Positions 54,089 through 62,789 are shown, numbered from the stretch's first letter. The stretch is 64,000 nucleotides of DNA from Patescibacteria group bacterium (GCA_016861085.1 BOKR01000001.1:131271-195270), one strand, 5' to 3'. Numbers and translations: made by a program. Notes: generated by a model not told the origin, from the sequence alone.

Positions 54089-54094
54089 AATTTT

Positions 54095-54964
54095 TTACCT
54101 TATTTTCAAATTAATATCTTTTTTGGTTGCGGCTTTGAATTTGTTATAGATTTGATACGTGCCGGCAGTTCGCAACAGTTCTCTTTGTTCTTTTGTTACA
54201 TTTACCTGTTGTTTATGATCAAATTGATATCCAGGTCTTTCTTTAACACCTTGAACAAATATTTCTGGAGGCTGATCAAAAAAAATGTCAGTTGACTGAG
54301 TGCTGCCAAATCTAGGGCCAGTGGTCCAGTCCACAGCGTGTGAGACTCTCTCTTGTGGAAGTGTTATGCCGATCCGCTTGAACAGCGCGGTCGCAACTTT
54401 TTGAGCATCGTTGTCTCTAATTGCCTCGTGAACATAATGAGTTACCATGATACCTTGGGCTTTTGCAGCCTGCACAATATTGTCTGTTTCTTGGATTGCT
54501 CTAACAAGACCTTGCGTATTCACATTTGATTGATAGATTCTATTCCATGAAGTGAGGGTCATTTCAGGATTTCTGAGCATTGCTATCAGATGAATTCTTT
54601 CTGGCGGGTAACCAGCAGCAATCAAGGTTTCAATAGGATTAAAAAATTCTGATTCTTTTTTTGAGCCAAATGTTTCTTTCACAATTGCAAGAGGAATCCC
54701 TTGTTTTAAGGCAAAAGTAGGAATAGCATCTTTTTCTTCTATCGCCCTTCTAATAGATTTTATTGGTTGTAAGTAGTTTGGGATACTCAGCCGTGCAAAT
54801 AATTCTGAGAGTGCAGTTGTACCAGAACGATTTGGTCCAATGATGCAAACCAAAAACGGTGGGTTTTTCCCAACTTCTATGTGTTTGAGTGATTCCAGAA
54901 ATAACTTACTCCTTTCTTGTCTGTGTTGTTCATAACTTTCATTAGTTTCTATTCTTTGTTTCAT
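54095..54964 (-). CDS. Sulfotransferase-like P-loop protein
   Basis: GPNRSGTTAL (PAPS 5'-PSB-like) and RNP...LTSW (3'-PB-like). Confidence 0.65.
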   Translation of the reverse strand: MKQRIETNESYEQHRQERSKLFLESLKHIEVGKNPPFLVCIIGPNRSGTTALSELFARLSIPNYLQPIKSIRRAIEEKDAIPTFALKQGIPLAIVKETFGSKKESEFFNPIETLIAAGYPPERIHLIAMLRNPEMTLTSWNRIYQSNVNTQGLVRAIQETDNIVQAAKAQGIMVTHYVHEAIRDNDAQKVATALFKRIGITLPQERVSHAVDWTTGPRFGSTQSTDIFFDQPPEIFVQGVKERPGYQFDHKQQVNVTKEQRELLRTAGTYQIYNKFKAATKKDINLKIR

Positions 54965-55001
54965 AATTTCTTTCTTAGTTTTTGTTGTGTTACTTACATA
55001 T

Positions 55002-55139
55002 AAAAAAGCCCTCTAGGAAAAGAGGGCTATTGTGTAACACATATTTTTTCTACAAAAATAACACCTCTTTTTTCCTGTGAGGGCTAAGCCATGACTGTTG
55101 ATATGTTCTATATTTTTTTGTTTTCATTTTTGTTTTCAT
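55002..55139 (-). promoter_or_regulatory. Leader-peptide attenuator 2 (29-aa uORF 55139-55050 plus terminator 55028-55002)
   Basis: uORF MKTKMKTKKYRTYQQSWLSPHRKKEVLFL; GGAAAAAAGAGG can pair with CCTCTTTTCC of the terminator. Confidence 0.7.
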
Positions 55140-55175
55140 TTTTGTTTTATTTTTCTTTAATTTGAGGATAGAAAT

Positions 55176-55299
55176 AAAAAAACCTCCGTTTTGGAGGTTA
55201 GTTTTTCTTTTATACATACTATTTTTTCAAACTAAAAACGAGCCTCCGGTGTTTGGTGCTTGGTTAGTTATGCCAATATGTATTTACTTTTTTGTACAT
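55176..55299 (-). promoter_or_regulatory. Leader-peptide attenuator 1 (11-aa uORF 55299-55264 plus terminator 55199-55176)
   Basis: uORF MYKKVNTYWHN; upstream GGAGG can pair with CCTCC of terminator aacctcc/ggaggtt plus U-run. Confidence 0.7.
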
Positions 55300-55309
55300 G
55301 TGAGTCCGC

Positions 55310-55338
55310 ATTATATGGTTATTTTGTTGTTGTGTCAA
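55310..55338 (-). promoter_or_regulatory. Consensus sigma70 promoter
   Basis: TTGACA-N17-TATAAT. Confidence 0.88.
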
Positions 55339-55369
55339 ATTATAAATAGTCTCTATGTTATAATATGAG

Positions 55370-55611
55370 TTACATCCGTCACAAAAGAGTTCGCACCTCT
55401 TGAGTTTAAAAAAACACGGAGCTTGAGGAACATTCAAGCCGGTTGACACCCGTGAACATGTCAGGCTTTTGTCGTTGCAGTTTTGACTGCGAATCTGAGA
55501 AAGCTACAAAGAAATGTTAAGTAATTAGCATTTGAAGAAGGGTGGTACCGTTCTTTTGAAGAACCCCTTCACTATCTAAGTATAAATCTTGGAAAGTGAA
55601 GGGGTTTTTTT
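55370..55611 (+). ncRNA. T-box riboswitch, ultrashort Stem I, probable Arg (CGC) specifier
   Basis: AAGGGTGGTACCG at 55538-55550; antiterminator GAAGGG/CCCTTC plus GTTCTT/AAGAAC; terminator CCCCTTCACT/AGTGAAGGGG-T7; IIA/B pseudoknot TGACA/TGTCA; TGnTATAAT at 55356-55364. Confidence 0.9.
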
Positions 55612-55668
55612 ATGCGTCAACACATGAGTCAGAACAAAAAAAACAGTTATTAATTTTGAAAGATACAT

Positions 55669-56223
55669 ATGAAAAAAAGTTTACAAGAGGGATCGCACAT
55701 AAAAATTGTGTACCCAGAACAAAAGGATATTTTATTACTACAGCAGGCATCAGTATTGATTACTCTGTTTGCGGAAATGGGGCTGATGATTGAACAGACC
55801 GTAGAAACATTGTCAGCAATGGCTGCACAGGGATTACTAGCGCTTGCAATTGATGAAACCAACTTGGTTGTTGGTTCGGCAGCTATAACTGTGCACTATC
55901 CTGGTGGAGTTTCGGAGTTTGGTGGTTGGGCTGTTTTGCAACAACATCAGAAAACCGGCGTTGGGAAAGAATTGTTAATAGGGTTACTAAAAAAAACAAA
56001 AGCGAAAAAAATAATTGCCTTTGGTAATCACAATTCAACGCCAATTTTTTTGAAAATGGGTGGGAAGGTTTTAGATCAAAAAAGTTTGCATCCTGATGCT
56101 TTTGTTCCTTGCCTTACCTGCAATTGTAAAGGTAAAGAAAAATTACAGGGTGGCCAGAAATGTGTTGATACTATTGTTGATCTCACTCCGATTATTAAAC
56201 AACAAAAGAAAGGAAAAGTATGA
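55669..56223 (+). CDS. GNAT acetyltransferase, short ArgA (N-acetylglutamate synthase)-like
   Basis: HQKTGVGKEL acetyl-CoA motif, C-terminal CxxC...C cluster as in short ArgA; Arg T-box upstream. Confidence 0.65.
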   Translation: MKKSLQEGSHIKIVYPEQKDILLLQQASVLITLFAEMGLMIEQTVETLSAMAAQGLLALAIDETNLVVGSAAITVHYPGGVSEFGGWAVLQQHQKTGVGKELLIGLLKKTKAKKIIAFGNHNSTPIFLKMGGKVLDQKSLHPDAFVPCLTCNCKGKEKLQGGQKCVDTIVDLTPIIKQQKKGKV

Positions 56224-57305
56224 ACGTTAAAGAGTATTTTATAGAGTTAGTAAAAATAGATAGTCCTTCTGGTACTGAGCAAGCGATTGCTGAGTACCTC
56301 ATTGGATGGCTGGAAGGTTTGGGATTTTTTGTACAGCAAGATGCAATTGGAAATGTATTTGCCTCAACAAATGTTACAAAAGACTCCCCTGCTCCGTTAC
56401 TTTTATGCGCACACATGGATACTGTTCAACCGGGGATTGGTATAAAGCCAATTTTGAAAAATGGTGTTATTACAAGTGATGGAGAAACAATTTTAGGCGC
56501 AGATAACAAAGCTGCTATCGCTGCGATGATGCAAGCGGTTGAGGTTTTCTTTGCTGACCCTAACAATAGTAAAAAACCATTGGAGGTTTTGTTTACAGTT
56601 AAAGAAGAAACTGGTGGAGGTGTGGATTTGTTTAACTTTTCTTTGCCGACCGCTAAAACTGTTTTAATTTGTGATTATGCAAAGCCAATCGGAACTGTAG
56701 TTTTGGGTGCCCCATTTATTCAAAATTTTACCGTTGAATTTATTGGAAAAGCTGCCCATTCTTCAAAACCTGACACAGGGAGAAACGCTTTCTTAGGATT
56801 ATCAGAATTTTTGAATGGGGTAAAAGTTGGAAGTTTAGATGCTGGTTTGACTACCGTTAATATTGGCACAATTATGGGTGGATCAGGAGTTAATACGATC
56901 CCTGAAAAATGCACGGTAAAAGGAGAGGTAAGAAGTTTTAAGGAAAAGTTATTTTACGGGCATTTATATACTATTAAAAAGATGGCAAAATCTGTTGCAA
57001 AAAATCAAGGTTTAGAAGTTACATTTAAAGTTGATGGATTTTGTCCGGGCTATTTGTATGAGGAGTCTTTAGAACATATTCAATTTGCTGGTGAGATTAT
57101 TGAAAAAGTAACGAAAAAAAAAGTTCAGTTTGAAAGAACGTTTGGTGTGAGCGATGGCAATATTTTAGCTCATGCTGGTTTTAAAGCGATATTGATTAGT
57201 GATGGCGTTAAGGATCCGCACACTGTACATGAGTCTATTGCTTTGAAGGATTTGGAAATGCTTTCGAAGGTAGTTTTGGGGTTTTTGGATGTGAATTTGC
57301 AATGA
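56220..57305 (+). CDS. M20 metallopeptidase (PepT-like/ArgE-related)
   Basis: IDSPSG.E, AHMDTV.PG, LGADNKA, KEETG, GKAAHS, SDGN, HTVHE. Confidence 0.85.
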   Translation: MNVKEYFIELVKIDSPSGTEQAIAEYLIGWLEGLGFFVQQDAIGNVFASTNVTKDSPAPLLLCAHMDTVQPGIGIKPILKNGVITSDGETILGADNKAAIAAMMQAVEVFFADPNNSKKPLEVLFTVKEETGGGVDLFNFSLPTAKTVLICDYAKPIGTVVLGAPFIQNFTVEFIGKAAHSSKPDTGRNAFLGLSEFLNGVKVGSLDAGLTTVNIGTIMGGSGVNTIPEKCTVKGEVRSFKEKLFYGHLYTIKKMAKSVAKNQGLEVTFKVDGFCPGYLYEESLEHIQFAGEIIEKVTKKKVQFERTFGVSDGNILAHAGFKAILISDGVKDPHTVHESIALKDLEMLSKVVLGFLDVNLQ

Positions 57306-57337
57306 TTTTAGTAGAGTATTATTTTTTTACTTTTTGT

Positions 57338-58225
57338 TTACACCTTTGAAGAAGGCCTGACCCAGACTGACAGGTATTCATGATCCTCCCCTGAGAAACC
57401 TAGGTTTATGAGTTTTTTTCTAAAGTCTGAGTGGTCAAAGGGAATATGAAAAGGATGTCTACCCCCTGCTTGGTCATCATCATCAATAAAGTAAACAAAC
57501 AATCTAGTTTTATCAGATATAGCTCTGAAAATATCAAAAGGGTTTGTCATATGTTCTAGTGCATCAATAGTCCAAACCATGTCAACTATAGGGAAATCAT
57601 TTGATTCTACATCAAAAACTCTTTTTTTGTTATCAAAATTCTTTTCCTTCAATCTCCATTTTAGAAAATCAGTTGAGGGGCAATCAAAGTCAACGAAGTA
57701 AACGTCAAAACCTGCTTTTAACATTGAAAGGCCGTCATTTCCTATTCCACATCCATAGTCGACTATCGTTTTTATACCATACTTTTTTTTGAATAGTTCG
57801 TAATTCGGGGTGAAATCTTTTCTATCTTCACTCTCAAAGAAAATTAACGAATTGTAAACATATTCTTTTGTAGTTTTATAGAAGTTTGATACTTCTATTT
57901 CAGAATTTGGTTTTTTATCGTACCACTCATCCGCAAGTGCCCATGATGAATCATGATAGAGCTCAAATTTATCGCCAAGGTAATTTTTTAAATCTTGAAA
58001 TCCATCTTTATATTTTGCTTGATCCCATCTAACTCGATTCCAAGTGTCCCAACATGTATCGCAAGTGTCGATATGTTTTTTTACAGTTGAGATTTCAAGT
58101 TTTGAAAGTGCGTGTTTCTTTTTCAAGTAATCTTTAAGCTGGTTGTATTTGTAATGCTTAGTATAGGTCATGACGTTTTTATAGGGGTGTATTATATCAT
58201 TTCCCAAAGTAAAAGACTCTGTCAA
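57338..58225 (-). CDS. Class I SAM methyltransferase with N-terminal zf-HC2-like motif
   Basis: HIDTCDTC; VDYGCGIG; DALEHM..P. Confidence 0.8.
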   Translation of the reverse strand: MTESFTLGNDIIHPYKNVMTYTKHYKYNQLKDYLKKKHALSKLEISTVKKHIDTCDTCWDTWNRVRWDQAKYKDGFQDLKNYLGDKFELYHDSSWALADEWYDKKPNSEIEVSNFYKTTKEYVYNSLIFFESEDRKDFTPNYELFKKKYGIKTIVDYGCGIGNDGLSMLKAGFDVYFVDFDCPSTDFLKWRLKEKNFDNKKRVFDVESNDFPIVDMVWTIDALEHMTNPFDIFRAISDKTRLFVYFIDDDDQAGGRHPFHIPFDHSDFRKKLINLGFSGEDHEYLSVWVRPSSKV

Positions 58226-58306
58226 CAGTTTTTTCTTTATCTACTAATGTCAGAGGATTGTGGTACAATCCACATCTAGATATAAAAACTGGAAGCAGCA
58301 AAAAAT

Positions 58307-58876
58307 ATGAAAGTTTATTTCACTTGTTCAGCTAGGGGTACCCAGAATTTTTCAAATTCCTATCAAAAAATTTATGAGACCGTCAAGAAGCTAGGTCATG
58401 AACATACTAGTGACTATGCTAAGGATAGTGATCCAGGTGAAGTATACGGATATAGTCACGAGGAGAGAGTGTCTCTATATGAGGAAGCAATAAGAGATTT
58501 GAAAAGTAGCGATGTTGTTTTGTTGGAGGTATCAACTCACAGTTTGACAATGGGTTACCTCATGCAAATGGCTTTAACTTTGGGTAAACCAGTAATAGCC
58601 CTTCACCTAAAAGATTATAAACCTGCATTTGCTGCTGGTATTGAGGACGATAAACTCCAAGTCATCGAGTACACAAATGAAATGTTGTCAGAAGTTCTTG
58701 GAGATGCTCTTGAATATGCACAATCAAAAATGGATTTCCGCTTCAACTTTTTCATCTCCCCCGCAATCGGCAACTATCTGGATTGGATTTCAAAAGTAAA
58801 GAAAATCCCTCGCTCAGTTTACCTTCGCAATCTGATTGAAAAAGATATGGAAGACAACGACGAGTACAATTCTTAG
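58307..58876 (+). CDS. Nucleoside 2-deoxyribosyltransferase-like protein with C-terminal ribbon-helix-helix
   Basis: MKVYF, SDVVLLEVS..S...GY....A...GKPV; RFNFFISP...YL......IPRS.YLR.LI. Confidence 0.7.
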   Translation: MKVYFTCSARGTQNFSNSYQKIYETVKKLGHEHTSDYAKDSDPGEVYGYSHEERVSLYEEAIRDLKSSDVVLLEVSTHSLTMGYLMQMALTLGKPVIALHLKDYKPAFAAGIEDDKLQVIEYTNEMLSEVLGDALEYAQSKMDFRFNFFISPAIGNYLDWISKVKKIPRSVYLRNLIEKDMEDNDEYNS

Positions 58877-58983
58877 TTTCTACTCCTCCTCCCCATTGCA
58901 ACCCCCAGTCATTTTCGGTATTATTGATCTAAAGGTCGCATTTTTTGTGCTTCCTTCTTGTAGTTTTGCTTAAGAATACTTAC

Positions 58984-59793
58984 ATGATTCATACCACAAA
59001 ACCCACTAATACATCCGGCCAAGTCGCAATTGTGATTCTTCTCATAATGGTGGTCCTGCTCACTGTGGGGCTTTCTCTTGCCTCAAGAACAACTCAAGAA
59101 TTATTTCTTTCTCAACAAGAGTCAGAATCTGCCCGAGTTTTCAATGCTGCAGAAGTTGGAGTTGAAGACGCACTTTCGCAAGATTTTGACCTTATAACAG
59201 GTACTGTCACCCTTAACCCAGACACAGTGGCAGATGTTACAACCCAAACAACTATCAGCCCTTCTTCTACGCTTGAAACCCAACTCGTTGAGGGTGCAGC
59301 TGTCCATCTTAATTTACAAAATTACAATGGTAATTTCACTATTAACTGGGCAAGAGAAACCACTTGTAACGCTGATGCAGCAAATAACCCAGGGGCAGCT
59401 TCACTGTTGGTCTCAATCTATTTTGAAGAAGCAGGGGTCACAAAAGTGACTCATGAAGTTCTTACTCCCTGTACAAGAACACCAGATGATCAATTTACAC
59501 TTGTTAATACGGCTGGAACGAACGGTTACTACAGACAAAGATCAATATCTGTTCCTCCAACCATGGGTGGCACTACCCTTTTTGCTAGAGTTCGGGCAGT
59601 TTATGCAGACACTGCGCTCAGGGTTACCGGAACAGGACTCCCCACACAGTTCTTCACTATCCGTTCTGCTGCTAATACCCAAGTTGGAGAAGAAAGTCGC
59701 ACAGTAGAAGTCGGTCGCACCCTCTCGGGTGCTCCCTCCTTCATGGATTATGCTGTTTATTCTGGAGCCGGAATCACGCAAGATACGCCATAA
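58984..59793 (+). CDS. PilX/GspK-like minor pilin
   Basis: SG-QVAIVILLIMVVLLTVGLSL (no Glu5), FNAAEVGVEDAL. Confidence 0.85.
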   Translation: MIHTTKPTNTSGQVAIVILLIMVVLLTVGLSLASRTTQELFLSQQESESARVFNAAEVGVEDALSQDFDLITGTVTLNPDTVADVTTQTTISPSSTLETQLVEGAAVHLNLQNYNGNFTINWARETTCNADAANNPGAASLLVSIYFEEAGVTKVTHEVLTPCTRTPDDQFTLVNTAGTNGYYRQRSISVPPTMGGTTLFARVRAVYADTALRVTGTGLPTQFFTIRSAANTQVGEESRTVEVGRTLSGAPSFMDYAVYSGAGITQDTP

Positions 59794-59831
59794 AAAAAGT
59801 AAAAAAATAACAAAAAGAAAAATAAAAAAAT

Positions 59832-60848
59832 ATGCCTGCTGCCTCAGTCGCCTTAGATATTGGAACATATAGTATAAAAGCCATCCGCGCCAAAGCTGGT
59901 GCCAAAGTAAATGTTGAGCGTGTGGTCGAAGTTTTCAACGAAACAGGCATTGCGTTGCCAACAGATGATGCTTCAGTGGCGAAGCTTGGCCAAATGATCG
60001 ATGCGGTTTTTAACGATAATGAATTGCCCCGCACAGACGTCAGATTAGCTCTACCAGAAACTGTTGTTTCAACCAAAGTTATCTCGATTCCTCCCCTTTC
60101 TGATGCTGAGCTAGCTTCTGCTATTGGTTGGCAAGCAGAACAGCATATTCCAATCCCACCAGAAGAACTCTCTCTTGAATATCAGGTGCTTCATAGACCA
60201 GAAAAAAAAGAAGACGCACAGATGAGAGTGCTTCTTGTTGGTACCAGAAAACGTATGGTTGAGCGTTTTATTGGTATGTTCAATGAAATTGGTATTGAGC
60301 CTACCCTACTTGAAACACAGATATTGGCAATTATGCGTTCGTTACAATTTACCCAAGAAGATCCAACGACTCTCATTGCTCATATGGGTTCTTCAAGCAT
60401 GAATTTAGCTATTGTTCATAAAGGTGAGTTGCAATTTGTGATTTCACACATGAATGGTGGTCAAATGCTCACTAAGGCACTTGAAACTTCTATTGGTCTT
60501 GATGCTGCTCAAGCTGAACAATACAAACGTAGCTACGGCCTTGATGGTTCACAATTCCAAGGCAAAGTTAGAGATGCTTTACTCCCACCAGTCAATATGC
60601 TACTCACAGAAGTCAGAAAGTCAGTCCAGTTTTTCATAAATCAAAATCCACAAGAAACAGTACAGCGCGTTGTTTTATCTGGAGGTACTTCAATGCTTCC
60701 AAGTTTAGTCCAACACATTACTAATGAACTTGGTGTCGAGGTTTTAATTGCCTCGCCTTTTTCAGGGGTTGAAGGAGCAGTTCCAGAAAACGTAAATCCG
60801 CCCGCAATGAGTGTATGTATGGGATTGTTACAAAGAGAAGAAACTTAG
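59832..60848 (+). CDS. pilM: Type IV pilus assembly protein PilM
   Basis: ALDIGTYSIK, AEQHIPIP, GG..LT, VVLSGG. Confidence 0.93.
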   Translation: MPAASVALDIGTYSIKAIRAKAGAKVNVERVVEVFNETGIALPTDDASVAKLGQMIDAVFNDNELPRTDVRLALPETVVSTKVISIPPLSDAELASAIGWQAEQHIPIPPEELSLEYQVLHRPEKKEDAQMRVLLVGTRKRMVERFIGMFNEIGIEPTLLETQILAIMRSLQFTQEDPTTLIAHMGSSSMNLAIVHKGELQFVISHMNGGQMLTKALETSIGLDAAQAEQYKRSYGLDGSQFQGKVRDALLPPVNMLLTEVRKSVQFFINQNPQETVQRVVLSGGTSMLPSLVQHITNELGVEVLIASPFSGVEGAVPENVNPPAMSVCMGLLQREET

Positions 60849-60849
60849 C

Positions 60850-61461
60850 ATGGCCAAAGCAATCAATTTTGTCGGTGAAAGACGAAAGAAACTAACTCAA
60901 GCGCAAAAGCAGGATCAAAAGATTCTCAAAATTGCGATTAATGCTTTGATTGGAGTGTTTGCAGTTTTTTTGATTGTGGTGGGTGTCAGATTTTATTTTG
61001 TGTTTAGAGTCAAAGACATTAAAGATACAGAAGCTCAAATCAGAACCAGAATTCTTGCCAACGAGCCCGTCGAAAAAGACTACATTATCTTTGCACAGAA
61101 GCTAAAAAAATTAGCACTTTTTTTTGGGAGACGGAAAGACAAGCAAGAGGCCTTGGTTTTTTTCAGCGAAGTGTTTGGTCCTGATGTGATCGTCTCAGGA
61201 ATTGATTACAGTTCAGATGAAGAAGATGTTGTTTCGTTCACGATTAAAGCACCAAATGTCTTTGTAATGGAGCGTGTATTTGCAACATTACAAGAAGAAC
61301 AAGTTACGAGTGTCTACCCAAATATCAGAAAAAGTTCAATGCGTAGATCAGCAACAGGTAACTATACTGTTGATCTAGCAGTTGTTTTGGCTGCTGAAAA
61401 TCCTAGCCCAGCACCAACTACATCAGCAGTTCCAGCCCAACCTGCTACAGAGGAAGAATAA
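60850..61461 (+). CDS. pilN: PilN-like protein
   Basis: INF N-terminal motif, TM, coiled coil; follows pilM. Confidence 0.75.
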   Translation: MAKAINFVGERRKKLTQAQKQDQKILKIAINALIGVFAVFLIVVGVRFYFVFRVKDIKDTEAQIRTRILANEPVEKDYIIFAQKLKKLALFFGRRKDKQEALVFFSEVFGPDVIVSGIDYSSDEEDVVSFTIKAPNVFVMERVFATLQEEQVTSVYPNIRKSSMRRSATGNYTVDLAVVLAAENPSPAPTTSAVPAQPATEEE

Positions 61462-62258
61462 TGCCAGATACCAAAAGAAAATCACAATTAAATTACAGAA
61501 CTTTTTTAGTCAACAGAAAATCTCTTGCGATTGCCATTGGCTTAAGTGTGGTTGCGGCAGGTTTAGTTATTTTTGCAATTATTCCACAGTTCCAGGAAAC
61601 ACTAGATTTAAACTCACAGTTGAACAACGAAAAACCAAAGTTAGAGAAATTGCAAAGAAAGCTTGTCGAGCTTGATAATATTCAATTTAGTCCGGAATTT
61701 TCCCAGAGAGAGTTTGTTGAAGCTGCCCTCCCTTCTAGAAAACCATTGTTAGAATTGTTAACCAGTTTAAACACAATCTCAGAAGCAGATAGGGTTTCTA
61801 TCACGGAGTTTTCTTTAAATCCCGGTCTAATCGCTACCAGTGAAGCTGAAGTTCAAGCCGACGCAAAAAAGACATCTAACAACGAAGGAGTTGATAGCAT
61901 TGATCTTGAAATGACAGTTGTTGGGACTTTTGATGATGTTGGTAAGTTTTTGATTGATCTAGAGAAAATCTCCCCTTTCACTACTATTGTTCAATTAGGG
62001 CTTTCTTCTAGAGCGAGCGGTGATGATTTTACTGAGCAAGCAAGCGACATGCAGGCTAAGATCTCAACTAAATCATATTTCTTTACTCAAAGTGTTGCAG
62101 CCTCTGTTGAGGCTCCACTACCAACACTCAATCAACTTGAGCAAGATGTACTCACAGAGCTAGCGAATTTCTCGACTATTGATCTTCCTGAACAGCTTGA
62201 AATCACAGGTGGTGGTTTGGAAGATCTGTTTGGGGTAGATCCGCTTCAGTTTGAGTAG
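61461..62258 (+). CDS. pilO: PilO-like protein
   Basis: TM, coiled coil, ALP, G.F..V..FL..LE. Confidence 0.78.
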   Translation: MPDTKRKSQLNYRTFLVNRKSLAIAIGLSVVAAGLVIFAIIPQFQETLDLNSQLNNEKPKLEKLQRKLVELDNIQFSPEFSQREFVEAALPSRKPLLELLTSLNTISEADRVSITEFSLNPGLIATSEAEVQADAKKTSNNEGVDSIDLEMTVVGTFDDVGKFLIDLEKISPFTTIVQLGLSSRASGDDFTEQASDMQAKISTKSYFFTQSVAASVEAPLPTLNQLEQDVLTELANFSTIDLPEQLEITGGGLEDLFGVDPLQFE

Positions 62259-62274
62259 GATTCTTTTGGTTTTC

Positions 62275-62373
62275 TTCATATTTTATAATTTAGCTTTTTT
62301 GTGAAAAAAAGATTGATAAGTCAATTAATTTGTTACAAAATAACAATTAGCAGTCTTAATATAGAACTGCTAA
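62275..62373 (-). repeat. Composite CIRCE-like element, copy D
   Basis: TTAGCAGTT-N9-GACTGCTAA, 22 nt, TTGacttatCAAtctttttttcaca (minus strand); in the convergent pilO/khpA gap. Confidence 0.8.
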
Positions 62374-62400
62374 TGACCGATAATAATATTATGAGGATAC

Positions 62401-62428
62401 AAAAAAGCCTCGATTTCTCGAGGCTTTT
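62401..62428 (-). terminator. Bidirectional terminator between pilO and khpA
   Basis: aaaagcctcga-tttc-tcgaggctttt. Confidence 0.8.
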
Positions 62429-62445
62429 GCAATTTTTTAAGTTAA

Positions 62446-62742
62446 TTATTCTTCAACCATTTCCTCAGTTGCTTCGACTGGAGCTTCTGTTGTTTCTACT
62501 GGTCTCTCTTTGCCGTCATCAATAGTGATTCTTGCGCGGATACCTTCTTTAATAGCTCTGATTTTACCAATGTTTCTAATTGAGTGGATAACTGCGCCAC
62601 CTTTTCCGATGACTCTGCCTACATCTTCTGGATTAACATGGATGGTGTAGAGGAATCCTCTTTCATCTTCTGTTTCGTCAATGACAACGTCTTCTGGATA
62701 TTGCACCAAGTGGATAAGGATGTACTCTAAAAGATTTTTCAT
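62446..62742 (-). CDS. khpA: KH-domain RNA-binding protein
   Basis: V.PEDVGRVIGKGG..I.SIR; downstream of rpsP. Confidence 0.92.
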   Translation of the reverse strand: MKNLLEYILIHLVQYPEDVVIDETEDERGFLYTIHVNPEDVGRVIGKGGAVIHSIRNIGKIRAIKEGIRARITIDDGKERPVETTEAPVEATEEMVEE

Positions 62743-62789
62743 TTATGTGTTCCTTTATATTATTGTATTAAGTGTAAATGAAAACTAAG

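Noticed and set aside
55118-55150. TTTTCATTTTTG tandem repeat as a VNTR or phase-variation tract
   Set aside because: Only 2-3 units of 12 bp, in frame within uORF2 (MKTK MKTK); covered by the attenuator call.
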